Below are positions 9,189 to 18,011 of a stretch of 64,000 nucleotides of DNA, piece after piece. How positions within the stretch are numbered: the first letter of the stretch is position 1; every line of letters starts with the position of its first letter. The notes below the pieces were generated by a model that was given only the letters and a program-made list of their open reading frames with translations, ran no database searches and had not been told where the DNA came from. Position numbers and translations under genes: made by a program. Source of the DNA: Pseudomonadota bacterium (GTDB taxonomy: Bacteria > Pseudomonadota > Gammaproteobacteria > Burkholderiales > Burkholderiaceae_C); the NCBI GenBank assembly GCA_040385465.1, contig JAZKHH010000009.1, positions 1,449-65,448 of the forward strand, written 5' to 3'.

Positions 9189-9267
9189 GACGCGAAAGCG
9201 TCTTCTTGCTTGTCTCCTCCCGGCACTTCGTGTGCCTTCAAAACGGGCCTTGTGCCCGTTCTTTTTT
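9189..9267 (+). ncRNA. Candidate small RNA or attenuating leader (hairpin, CU-rich single strand, hairpin, intrinsic terminator)
   Basis: GACGC-GAAA-GCGTC (9189-9202), unpaired TTCTTGCTTGTCTCCTCCC (9203-9221), GGCAC-TTCGT-GTGCC (9222-9236), then the terminator at 9242-9267. It begins ~8 nt after the P1 -10 box. Confidence 0.35.
9242..9267 (+). terminator. Rho-independent terminator
   Basis: AACGGGC-cttgt-GCCCGTT followed by cTTTTTT. Confidence 0.7.
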
Positions 9268-9364
9268 GGGCGACTGTTTTTCCTCGCCCCGAACCCGCAT
9301 TCCTTGTGCGCCATAAGCCAGGTGTTCACCCGGCAGTTGCTGCGACCGCAGCGCACATCCCTCC

Positions 9365-9391
9365 TCAAGCAAGCCCAAACGGTACCGATAT
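9365..9391 (+). promoter_or_regulatory. Second, weaker sigma-28-like box proximal to motA (P2)
   Basis: TCAA-N15-ACCGATAT, ~52 nt upstream of the motA ATG. Confidence 0.3.
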
Positions 9392-9443
9392 TCCCACCAA
9401 GACCGGCGCAACGTCGGTTCCTTTTGGCTTGGGATCGGAAACC

Positions 9444-10304
9444 ATGTTTGTCATCATCGGGTGGGGCGTCGTCATGGTGTGCGTGTTCGGGGTGTACATC
9501 GCCCACGGCGGCAACATCGGCGTGGTCCTGACGGCCTTGCCCTTCGAGATGGTCTCCATCGGCGGCGCCGCGGGTGGCGCGTTCCTGGTCAACAACCAGC
9601 CCAAACTGCTCAAGGCCACGATGAAGGGCCTGAAACAGTGCTTCAAGTCGTCGCACCACAACAAGGCACGCTACATGGAGTTGATGGCGCTGTTGTATGA
9701 CCTGCTGCAAAAGGCGCGCAAGGAAGGCCTGATGTCCATCGAGAAGGACGTCGAAGACCCCCACAACTCCGCCATCTTCCAAAAATACGCCACCGTCGGC
9801 AACGACCACCATGTGGTCGAGTTCATCACCGACTACCTGCGCATGATGGTCTCCGGCAACCTCAACGCCCATGAGATCGAAAGCCTCATGGACAGCGAGA
9901 TCGAGACCCACCACAACGAAGCCCACGGCCCGGTGGCGGCGATCGCCCGCCTGGCCGGGGCGCTGCCGGCCTTCGGCATCGTGGCGGCCGTGCTGGGCGT
10001 GGTCAACACCATGGGCTCGGTGGGCCAGCCCCCGGCGGTGCTGGGCGGCATGATCGGCTCGGCCCTGGTGGGCACCTTCCTCGGCATCTTGCTGGCCTAC
10101 GCGTTCGTCGAGCCTTTGTCGGGCCTGCTGGAGCAAAAGGTCGACGAAGGCAGCAAAGAGCTGCAATGCATCAAGACCACCTTGCTGGCCAGCATGCAAG
10201 GTTACGCCCCGCAGGTGGCGGTGGAATTCGGCCGCAAGGTGCTGTACTCGGGCGACCGTCCGACCTTTGCCGAGCTGGAAGCCCACGTCAAAGGCCGGAA
10301 GTAA
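9444..10304 (+). CDS. motA: Flagellar stator protein MotA
   Basis: MFVIIGWGVVMVCVFGVYIAHGGN...ALPAFGIVAAVLGVVNTMG...ALVGTFLGILLAYAFVEP, typical MotA TM3/TM4 and plug regions. Confidence 0.93.
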   Translation: MFVIIGWGVVMVCVFGVYIAHGGNIGVVLTALPFEMVSIGGAAGGAFLVNNQPKLLKATMKGLKQCFKSSHHNKARYMELMALLYDLLQKARKEGLMSIEKDVEDPHNSAIFQKYATVGNDHHVVEFITDYLRMMVSGNLNAHEIESLMDSEIETHHNEAHGPVAAIARLAGALPAFGIVAAVLGVVNTMGSVGQPPAVLGGMIGSALVGTFLGILLAYAFVEPLSGLLEQKVDEGSKELQCIKTTLLASMQGYAPQVAVEFGRKVLYSGDRPTFAELEAHVKGRK

Positions 10305-10313
10305 GGTCGCGCC

Positions 10314-11252
10314 ATGGCAGGTGACGCCAAAAAACTGCAACCGATCATCGTCAAGAAGATCAAGAAGGGCGGCCACGCCGTGCACGGTGGCGCCTGGAAG
10401 ATCGCCTATGCCGACTTCGTGACCGCCATGATGGCGTTTTTCCTGCTGATGTGGCTGCTGGGGTCGACCACCGAAGGCGACAAGAAGGGCATTGCCGACT
10501 TCTTCAATGCGCCGTTGAAAGTGGCGTTGCTCAACAGCGGCAGCGGCTCGGGCGACGCGTCCCATGTGCTCAAAGGCGGCGGAACCGACCTCACCCGCAG
10601 TGCGGGCCAGGTCAAACGGGGTGACATCGAAGCGCCGCGCGCCACCATGAACCTGCTGGCCCTCAAGGCCGAGCAGCACCGGGCGGAGAAGGCCAAGCTC
10701 GAGGCCTTGAAGCAGAAGGTGAGCGAAAAGATCGCCACCAACCCGAAACTCGCCGCGGTGAGCGGGCAGATTCGCCTCGACATGACCCGCGACGGGCTGC
10801 GCATCCAAATCGTCGACGAGAACAACCGGCCGATGTTCGACAGCGGCAGCGCAGTCGTCAAACCTTACATGCGTGACTTGCTGCGCGACATCGGTGCGGT
10901 GCTGGCCGAAGTGCCGAACCACCTGACGCTGGAAGGGCACACCGACGCTCAGCCGTTCAGCTCGGGCGACCGCGGCTACAGCAACTGGGAGCTCTCCAGT
11001 GACCGCTCGAACGCCTCACGCCGCGAGTTGCTGGCGGGTGGGCTGCCGGAAGACCGGGTCTTGCGGGTGCAAGGGCTGGCCAACAGCCTGCCCCTGCTGC
11101 CCAAAGAGCCGCAAAACCCAGCCAACCGCCGCATCAGCATCATCGTGATGAACCGAGAAGCGGAAGACCGGATTTTTCGCACATCAGTCGAGGGGACAGA
11201 AGGGGCCGCCGAGCCCAATCCCCCCTCAATTTCTCCGGGCCCCGCCCGATAA
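10314..11252 (+). CDS. motB: Flagellar stator protein MotB
   Basis: [26 protein letters not shown] (the conserved Asp-containing TM helix) and a C-terminal OmpA-like domain ([10 protein letters not shown]...[18 protein letters not shown]). Confidence 0.92.
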   Translation: MAGDAKKLQPIIVKKIKKGGHAVHGGAWKIAYADFVTAMMAFFLLMWLLGSTTEGDKKGIADFFNAPLKVALLNSGSGSGDASHVLKGGGTDLTRSAGQVKRGDIEAPRATMNLLALKAEQHRAEKAKLEALKQKVSEKIATNPKLAAVSGQIRLDMTRDGLRIQIVDENNRPMFDSGSAVVKPYMRDLLRDIGAVLAEVPNHLTLEGHTDAQPFSSGDRGYSNWELSSDRSNASRRELLAGGLPEDRVLRVQGLANSLPLLPKEPQNPANRRISIIVMNREAEDRIFRTSVEGTEGAAEPNPPSISPGPAR

Positions 11253-11301
11253 CCCAGTTAGCGCCTCCGTCAGGCAAGCACACAGCAGCGAGGAATCTCC
11301 C

Positions 11302-11700
11302 ATGAGCACCCAAACCGACATGAAATTTTTGATCGTCGACGACTTTTCCACCATGCGTCGGATCGTCCGCGGCCTGCTCAAGGAGATTGGCTATAACAAC
11401 GCCGAAGAGGCCGAAGACGGCGCCGTCGCACTGACGATGCTCAAGGGCGCGAAGTTCGATTTCGTGGTCAGCGACATCAACATGCCCAACATGACCGGCT
11501 TTGACTTGCTGTCGGCGATCAAGAAAGACGAAACGCTCAAGCACCTGCCGGTGCTGATGGTGACCGCTGAAGCGCGCAAAGAAGACATTGTGCGCGCTGC
11601 CCAAGACGGGGCTGCCGGCTACATCGTGAAACCTTTCACCAAGGCCACCTTGGAAGAAAAGGTGATCAAGATCATGCAAAAGCTGGCAACGACCGCCTAA
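11302..11700 (+). CDS. cheY: Chemotaxis response regulator CheY
   Basis: [26 protein letters not shown]...[17 protein letters not shown]...PVLMVTAEA...[10 protein letters not shown], near-canonical CheY. Confidence 0.93.
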   Translation: MSTQTDMKFLIVDDFSTMRRIVRGLLKEIGYNNAEEAEDGAVALTMLKGAKFDFVVSDINMPNMTGFDLLSAIKKDETLKHLPVLMVTAEARKEDIVRAAQDGAAGYIVKPFTKATLEEKVIKIMQKLATTA

Positions 11701-11713
11701 AGGAACATTAAAA

Positions 11714-12358
11714 ATGAAAATGGACAATGTTGCCTCCTGGGCGCCTCCCAGTGCGCCTTCGGCGCCCGCCGGTGCATCCCCCGAAGTGTTCCACCAGCTG
11801 GGTCTGATCACCCGGCAGCTGCACGACACCCTGATGCAACTGGGCGTGATGCCCAAGCTGCAAGCCGCTGCCCAGGGCTTGCCAGACGCACGCAGCCGCC
11901 TGAGCTACATCGCCAAGAAAACCGGCGAAGCGGCCGACAAGGTGTTGAACTCGGTGGACCAGGCCAAGCTGGAACACTCGAACATCGCCAGCGAGACCCG
12001 GCGAATGGCGCAGGCCATCGTGTCCGATCCGGTGAAGGCCGTGGCCTCGGGCGCGGTGATGAACTTCGTCAGCGACGTCGAGGCCGCCACGGCGCGCATC
12101 GACCAGCACCTGACCGACATCATGATGGCGCAGGACTTCCACGACCTCACCGGCCAGGTGGTGGCCAAGGTGGTCAGCCTGGCCACCGAGTTGGAAGACA
12201 GCCTGGTCAGCCTGTTGCTGCAGGCTGCCCCAGTGGAGCAGGCGCAAAAGCTGGAAGCGGCGATCCTGCAGGGTCCTGTGGTCAATCCGGAAGGACGCAC
12301 CGATGTGGTCGCGGATCAGGGCGAAGTCGACGATCTGCTGGCCAGCCTGGGTTTTTGA
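11714..12358 (+). CDS. cheZ: CheY-P phosphatase CheZ
   Basis: Catalytic region MMAQDFHDLTGQVVAKV and the C-terminal CheY-binding tail GEVDDLLASLGF. Confidence 0.9.
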   Translation: MKMDNVASWAPPSAPSAPAGASPEVFHQLGLITRQLHDTLMQLGVMPKLQAAAQGLPDARSRLSYIAKKTGEAADKVLNSVDQAKLEHSNIASETRRMAQAIVSDPVKAVASGAVMNFVSDVEAATARIDQHLTDIMMAQDFHDLTGQVVAKVVSLATELEDSLVSLLLQAAPVEQAQKLEAAILQGPVVNPEGRTDVVADQGEVDDLLASLGF

Positions 12359-12382
12359 CCCGGTCTGCACCGCGCCGTGCCA

Positions 12383-12402
12383 CAGCGACCTTCGGGTCGC
12401 TG
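12383..12402 (+). terminator. UUCG-capped hairpin after cheZ
   Basis: CAGCGACC-TTCG-GGTCGCTG, an 8-bp perfect stem. No U-tract, so it may be a 3' stabiliser or a weak terminator. Confidence 0.4.
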
Positions 12403-12559
12403 CTGGCGCTGGTGCCACCGCCAAGGCGTGCGGCTGCCCTGCAGGGGCGAGCCGGAGGGGGAACAGTCCAGCAAAGGCCCGGCTATTGGGTCGATCGCTG
12501 CGGGCCTCGGCTGGCGACAATCGGGCCAACCGTATCTCTCCTGGTGGCCGGCCTTGCCC

Positions 12560-14479
12560 ATGAACCAACCGATCGTCGCCCCTTCGCTGCCACCGGCCCC
12601 GGCGGCTGACGCCGCCAGCGCTGCCTTGGCCGACGGCTTGGCACGTGCGCGCTCCGGCGGCATGCCCCTGCCGGAGCTGCTGGACCGGGCCCACCGGCTG
12701 CATCAAGACGGCTTGGCCGAAGCCTCCGCCCAGCTTTACGAGGATTGGATCGCGCACACTCAGTCACCCTTGCGGCACGTGGCCTGCTTCAATTGGGGCA
12801 CCGTGCTGGGCGCCTTGCAGCGCCATCCGCAAGCCGAGCAGGCCTACCTGCAAGCCATTGCCTTCAAACCTGATTTTCTGCAGGCCCGGTTGAACCTGGG
12901 CCACCAGCTCGAGCACCTGGGCCGGCCCGAAGAGGCCTTGGCGCAGTGGCGCCTGGTGCTGGAGCACAGCCCGCCCGAGCGGGGCGGTGAGGCGCAGACG
13001 CTGTACCTGCATGCGGTCAACAACCTGGCCCGCCTGTGCGAGCAGCTGCGCCAGTACGACCAGGCCGAGCGCTACATGGTGCTCAGCCTGCAAACCCAGC
13101 ACGACCAGCTCGACGTCATCCAGCATTACGTGCACGTGCGGCAGAAGCAGTGCGCCTGGCCGGTCTACACCACGGTGGGGGAGGTCACCGAGCACTTGTT
13201 GACGATCGGCACCTCGCCCTTGGCGATGTTGAGCGCCAGCGACGACCCGGCGCTGCAGCTGTTGGCCGCCCAGCGTTTCGTGCACAGCAAGGTGCCCAAG
13301 CCGCCCGCGGGCCCGGCGTTGCACACCCAGTTCCCGGCCCGCCAGGGCAAGCTGAAGATCGGTTATTTGTCGGGCGACCTGTGCATGCACGCCGTCGGCC
13401 TGCTGACCGGTGAGCTCCTGGGCCTGCACGATCGCGAGCGCTTCGAAGTCCACGGTTTTTGCTGGAGCCGCGAAGACGGCAGCGAGCAGCGACGCCGCCT
13501 GCGCGCCGGCATGGACCACTTCGTGCCCCTGGCCGGCGTCGACGACATCACCGCAGCGCGCCACATTGCGGCCCGCGGCATCGACGTGCTGGTCGACCTG
13601 CAAGGCCTGACCAACGGCGCCCGGCCGGCCATCCTGGGCCAGCGGCCCGCGCCGATCCAAGTCAGCTACCTGGGTTTCCCGGGCACCTCGTGCATTCCGG
13701 GTGTCGACTGGATCATCGCCGACCGCTTCGTGATGCCCGAAGACCTGCGCCGCTACTGCAGCGAGAAGCCGATTTACCTGTCTGACTGCTATCAGGTCAG
13801 CGACCGCCAGCGCGAGGTGGCGCCCAAGCCCACACGGGCGGCCTGCGGCCTGCCAGAAGACGCCTTCGTGTTCTGCTCCTTCAACAACAACTTCAAATTC
13901 ACCGAGCCGGTGTTTCAAAGCTGGATGCGGATCCTGCACGCTGTGCCGGGCAGTGTGTTGTGGCTGCTGGCCGACAACCCGTGGTCGCAGGAGAACATGC
14001 TGAAAACCGCCGACACCCACGGCGTGGCCCGCGAGCGCTTGATTTTTGCCCCCCGCGCTGCCCCGCCCGAGTACCTGGCGCGGTTCCAGCAGGCCGACCT
14101 GCTGCTCGACACCTTCCCCTACAACGCCGGCACCACGGCCAGCGACGCCCTGTGGATGGGCGTGCCGATCCTGACGTGTTCGGGCCGCACCTATATCTCC
14201 CGCATGGCCGGCAGCCTGCTGACCGCGGTCGGCCTGCCCGAGCTGATCACCGAGTCGCTGGCAGATTACGAGCAGCGGGCCATCCAACTCGGGCGCGAGC
14301 CGCAGCGGGTCGCGTCGCACCGGCGCTACCTGGCGGAGCACGGACGGCAGTCGCGCCTGTTCAACATCCCCGCCCTGGTGGGCCAGATGGACAACGCGTT
14401 TGAAGCTTTGGCGCTGGCCGAGCGGGCGCGTGACGCCCAGCGCCGTCAGGCGTCGACCTCACCGAAAGACCTGCCGTGA
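12560..14479 (+). CDS. TPR-repeat O-GlcNAc-transferase-like glycosyltransferase (SPINDLY/OGT type, CAZy GT41)
   Basis: The first ATG in the ORF with sensible protein context is 12560 (MNQPIVAP). N-terminal TPR-like repeats (AEQAYLQAIAFKPDFLQARLNLGHQLEHLGRPEEA). C-half motifs IGYLSGDLCMHAVG, VSYLGFPGTS, FCSFNNNFKFTEPVFQSWMRILHAVPGSVLWLL and LDTFPYNAGTTASDALWMGVPILT. Confidence 0.85.
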   Translation: MNQPIVAPSLPPAPAADAASAALADGLARARSGGMPLPELLDRAHRLHQDGLAEASAQLYEDWIAHTQSPLRHVACFNWGTVLGALQRHPQAEQAYLQAIAFKPDFLQARLNLGHQLEHLGRPEEALAQWRLVLEHSPPERGGEAQTLYLHAVNNLARLCEQLRQYDQAERYMVLSLQTQHDQLDVIQHYVHVRQKQCAWPVYTTVGEVTEHLLTIGTSPLAMLSASDDPALQLLAAQRFVHSKVPKPPAGPALHTQFPARQGKLKIGYLSGDLCMHAVGLLTGELLGLHDRERFEVHGFCWSREDGSEQRRRLRAGMDHFVPLAGVDDITAARHIAARGIDVLVDLQGLTNGARPAILGQRPAPIQVSYLGFPGTSCIPGVDWIIADRFVMPEDLRRYCSEKPIYLSDCYQVSDRQREVAPKPTRAACGLPEDAFVFCSFNNNFKFTEPVFQSWMRILHAVPGSVLWLLADNPWSQENMLKTADTHGVARERLIFAPRAAPPEYLARFQQADLLLDTFPYNAGTTASDALWMGVPILTCSGRTYISRMAGSLLTAVGLPELITESLADYEQRAIQLGREPQRVASHRRYLAEHGRQSRLFNIPALVGQMDNAFEALALAERARDAQRRQASTSPKDLP

Positions 14480-16728
14480 GCGAGCTGCACCAGGCCTCCG
14501 TCTTGAACGAAGACAGCGTTTTGCCGCCTGTCAGCGAAGACGACGCCCTGCTGCACGCCATCGCCTGGCTGACCCGCCACCACGGGCGCGACCGCTCGCC
14601 GGCTTCGCTGATCGCCGGCATGCCGATCACCGGCGCCGTGGCCCCCGACCAGGCGGTGCGCATCCTGCGCGAAGCCGGCTTCAACGCCGGGCTCGTGCAG
14701 AGGCGCATTGCCGAGATCCACCCACTGTTGCTGCCCGCCGTCGTGCTGCTCAACCACCGCGACGCCTGCATCATCACCAAGCGCCTGGACGATGGCCAGC
14801 GCTATGAAGTCGTCATGCCCGGTGAGGACTGCCACACGGTGTTCGCCACCCAGGCCGAGCTCGAAGCCGAGCACACCGGCTTCCTGCTGGTGGCCTCACC
14901 CCAGGTGCAGGCGGCCCCCAACACCCACGGCCTGGGCGCCTTGCGCGACCCGAAGAGCCACTGGCTGTGGGGCACCATGCGCCGGTTCCTGCCTTACTAC
15001 CGCTCGGCCCTGCTGGCCGCCATGCTCAGCAACCTGCTGATGCTGGTCAGCGGCCTGGTGATGTCGGTGGTCTACGACAAGGTGATTCCGCACCAGGCTT
15101 TCACGACGCTGTGGGCCTTGGCCAGCGGCGCGATCATCGCCCTGGTGTTCGACATGATTGCGCGCCAACTGCGCAGCCACCTGATCGACCTGGCCGGGCG
15201 CAAGACCGACCTCATCATCGGCTCGCTGCTGTTCAGGCAAACGCTGGCGGTGCGCATGGAGCACCGGCCGGCGTCGGCGGGCTCATACGCGCATCACCTG
15301 TCGCAAATCGAAATGGTGCGCGACTTCTTCACCTCGGCCACCTTGTCGGCCTTGACCGATCTGCCGTTCATCGTCGTCTTCGTGGCCATGTGCTTCATCG
15401 TCGGCGGGCCGCTGGGCTGGGTGCTGGTGCTGGCCATTCCCGTGATCATCGGCTTGGCGGTGGTGATCCAAAGCTCTCTGCGCCGCTCGATGATGGCCAA
15501 CATGCACCAGATGGCCGACCTGCAAGGGGTGTTGGTCGAAGCGGTGGAAGGCCTGGAAGACTTGAAGTCCACCGGTGCGCAGGGCCGCTTCGTGCAGCGT
15601 TATGAAAACGCCACCGCGGCGGCGGCCGAATCGTCGCTGCGCGCGCGCACCATGTCGAGCTGGACCAACAACCTGTCGGCGGCCGCGCAGCAATTCGTCA
15701 CCTTGGCCATGATGGTCTGGGGCGTGTACCTGATTCACGATGGCCAGATCACCGGCGGGGCCCTGATCGGCTCGGTGATGTACGCCGGCCGGGCGGTGGC
15801 GCCACTGAGCAGCGTGGTCGGCCTGGCCACGCGCTACCAAGGGGCCCGCGCGGCCATGGCGGCGCTGGACCAGATGATGAACCTGCCAGTCGAGCGCGAG
15901 CACGGCAAGTCCTACGTGGCGCACCACCGCGTCACCGGCCGCATCGGTCTGCACGATCTGAGCTTTTCCTATCCGGCGCAAAACGACGACGTGGCGCCCA
16001 AGGTGCTCAAGAACATCAACCTGCAGTTCGCGCCCGGTGAGCGGGTGGCGATTTTGGGCCGCATCGGCAGCGGCAAGTCGACCATCCTGCGGTTGCTGGG
16101 TGCGCTGTACCAGCCCACCGAGGGACGTGTCGAGGTCGATGGCATTGACCTGCGCCAGCTGGACCCGGCCGACTTCCGCAACCGCTTGGGCTTCGTCTCC
16201 CAGGAGCCCCGGCTCTTCAACGGCACCCTGCGCGACAACGTGCTGATGGGCCGTCCGACCGTCGAAGCCAGTCAGCTCACCGGTGTGGCCAAGCTCACCG
16301 GGCTCGACCACGTGGTGGCTTCCCATCCCAAGGGGTGGGACCTGTCGGTGGGCGAGATGGGCGGCTTGCTCTCAGGCGGGCAGCGGCAACTGGTGGCCCT
16401 GGCACGTTGCCTGGTCACGCAGCCCCAAATCCTGCTGATGGACGAGCCCACCAGCTCGATGGACGCCCAGTCCGAAATCATGTTCCTGCGCCGGCTCAAG
16501 GAGTCGGTGGGGCAGTGCACCCTGGTGGTGGTGACCCACCGCCCGGCGGTGCTCGACCTGGTCGACCGCGTCGTTGTCATCGACGCCGGCAAGGTGGTGC
16601 TCGACGGACCGAAAGCTCAGGTGTTGGCCGCCTTGTCCGGCGCCAAGCCGGCCGCCGCACCCCAGACCCCGTCGAACGTGCACATGCACCCGTCGACCCA
16701 GCCGGTGCAACAGGCGGCGTCGTTGTGA
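14476..16728 (+). CDS. Type I secretion system ABC transporter (permease/ATPase) with a degenerate N-terminal C39-like domain
   Basis: The GTG start shares GTGA with the upstream stop. Six-TM core, Walker A GRIGSGKST, signature LSGGQRQ, Walker B ILLMDEPTS. The N-terminal ~140 aa are peptidase-C39-like but read DALLHAIAWLTRHHG where the catalytic Cys would sit. Confidence 0.9.
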   Translation: MSELHQASVLNEDSVLPPVSEDDALLHAIAWLTRHHGRDRSPASLIAGMPITGAVAPDQAVRILREAGFNAGLVQRRIAEIHPLLLPAVVLLNHRDACIITKRLDDGQRYEVVMPGEDCHTVFATQAELEAEHTGFLLVASPQVQAAPNTHGLGALRDPKSHWLWGTMRRFLPYYRSALLAAMLSNLLMLVSGLVMSVVYDKVIPHQAFTTLWALASGAIIALVFDMIARQLRSHLIDLAGRKTDLIIGSLLFRQTLAVRMEHRPASAGSYAHHLSQIEMVRDFFTSATLSALTDLPFIVVFVAMCFIVGGPLGWVLVLAIPVIIGLAVVIQSSLRRSMMANMHQMADLQGVLVEAVEGLEDLKSTGAQGRFVQRYENATAAAAESSLRARTMSSWTNNLSAAAQQFVTLAMMVWGVYLIHDGQITGGALIGSVMYAGRAVAPLSSVVGLATRYQGARAAMAALDQMMNLPVEREHGKSYVAHHRVTGRIGLHDLSFSYPAQNDDVAPKVLKNINLQFAPGERVAILGRIGSGKSTILRLLGALYQPTEGRVEVDGIDLRQLDPADFRNRLGFVSQEPRLFNGTLRDNVLMGRPTVEASQLTGVAKLTGLDHVVASHPKGWDLSVGEMGGLLSGGQRQLVALARCLVTQPQILLMDEPTSSMDAQSEIMFLRRLKESVGQCTLVVVTHRPAVLDLVDRVVVIDAGKVVLDGPKAQVLAALSGAKPAAAPQTPSNVHMHPSTQPVQQAASL

Positions 16729-16761
16729 GCCCCGCGTGGCCGAACGCAGTCGGTGGTCGCC

Positions 16762-17985
16762 ATGGCGCGCACTGAGCCGGTTCTGGAGCAGGGCGATGCG
16801 GCCTACATGGCCGACATGCGGGCGGCCCAGTTGGTGGAAGCCACACCCCGAACCGCCTGGGCGCTGTACCTGATCCTGGCCGTGATGGTGTCGGCCGTGG
16901 CCTGGGCCTCTCTGACCCGGGTTGACGAGGTCACCCGGGCCGACGCGCGCATCATTCCCGACGGCCGCGAGCAGGTCATTGCCAGCCTGGAGGGCGGCAT
17001 CCTGCGCGAGCTGAAAGTCACCGAGGGCATGCAGGTCGAGGCCGGCCAGGAGCTGGCGCTGCTCGACCCGACCCGCTTCGAATCCCAACAAAACGAAGGC
17101 CAGCTGCGCCGCCTGGCTTTGCGCGCCACCCAAGCCCGGCTGATTGCCGAGGCCAACGGCCGGGAGCTGCGGTTTCCGCCCGAGGTGCTGGCGTCCGCAG
17201 CCCATGTCGAGGGCGAAACCGAAGTGTTCAACGTGCGGCGCCGGTCGATGCAGGAAGCGGTGAGCGCCAATGGCCGCAGCATCGACCTGCTGTCGCGCGA
17301 GCTGAAGGTGGCCGACGCCATGTCGTCCAAGGGCTTGATGTCCGAGGTGGAAGTGATGCGCTTGCGCCGCCAGGTCAACGACCTGCAACTGGCCAACCAG
17401 GAACGCGTCAACCGTTTCCGCCAGGAGGCCAGCACCGAACTGGTGAAAGTGCAAAACGAGGTCAACCAGATCGACGAGCAGATCGCCGGGCGCGCCGACG
17501 TGCTGCGCCGCACCGTGCTCACCTCGCCGGTGCGTGGTCTGGTGAAGAACATCCGCGCCAACACCCTGGGCGGCGTGGTCTCACCGGGCGCGGCGGTGAT
17601 GGAGATCGTGCCGCTGGGCCCGAAGGTGTTGATCGAAGCGCGCATCAAGCCTTCGGAAATTGGCTTCCTGCAAGTGGGCCAGAAAGCCCAGGTCAAGCTC
17701 AAAGCTTACGACTACACCTTGTACGGCGGGCTGGAAGGCGTGGTCGAGTACATCAGCCCTGATGCCCTGGGCGATGCCGAGCGCCCCGGGTCTGCCGACG
17801 CCACCTACTACCGTGCGCTGGTGCGCGCCGACCGCTCCGACCTCAAGGCGCGCGGCGCCACCTTGTCGGTGATGCCCGGCATGACCGCCACCGTCGAGGT
17901 GCGCACCGGCGAGCGTTCGGTGTTGAGTTTTCTGTTGCGGCCGCTGCTCAAGAGCAGGGAAGCATTCCGCGAACGTTCGGGTTGA
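16762..17985 (+). CDS. HlyD-family type I secretion membrane fusion protein
   Basis: N-terminal TM (AWALYLILAVMVSAVAWA), then RADARIIPDGREQVIASLEGGILRELKVTEGMQVEAGQELALLD, a long coiled-coil, and the C-terminal MPGMTATVEVRTGERSVLSFLLRPL motif. Confidence 0.9.
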   Translation: MARTEPVLEQGDAAYMADMRAAQLVEATPRTAWALYLILAVMVSAVAWASLTRVDEVTRADARIIPDGREQVIASLEGGILRELKVTEGMQVEAGQELALLDPTRFESQQNEGQLRRLALRATQARLIAEANGRELRFPPEVLASAAHVEGETEVFNVRRRSMQEAVSANGRSIDLLSRELKVADAMSSKGLMSEVEVMRLRRQVNDLQLANQERVNRFRQEASTELVKVQNEVNQIDEQIAGRADVLRRTVLTSPVRGLVKNIRANTLGGVVSPGAAVMEIVPLGPKVLIEARIKPSEIGFLQVGQKAQVKLKAYDYTLYGGLEGVVEYISPDALGDAERPGSADATYYRALVRADRSDLKARGATLSVMPGMTATVEVRTGERSVLSFLLRPLLKSREAFRERSG

Positions 17986-18011
17986 CGACGACGGCCTGGC
18001 CGCACACCACA

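Noticed and set aside
9189-9267. Whether the motA-leader hairpins are a target for the ANTAR regulator encoded at 47550-48152
   Set aside because: ANTAR targets have two hairpins with six-nucleotide loops of the form AxxGxx. The loops here are GAAA, TTCGT and CTTGT, so the motif is not met.
9105-10940. 611-aa minus-strand ORF
   Set aside because: Antisense to motA and motB, both strongly supported. No motifs and no plausible start context.
12472-12497. Sigma-28-like box CAAA-N14-GTCGATCG upstream of the GT41 gene, which would tie the T1SS block to the flagellar regulon
   Set aside because: Only 3/4 and 5/8 matches with a short spacer. This is too weak to call without data.
12359-12559. Search for a small RaxX-like or GG-leader substrate ORF in the gap upstream of the GT41 gene
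   Set aside because: No ORF has a start codon appropriately spaced from the GGAGGGGGA purine run. The only reading frames are tails of shadow ORFs.
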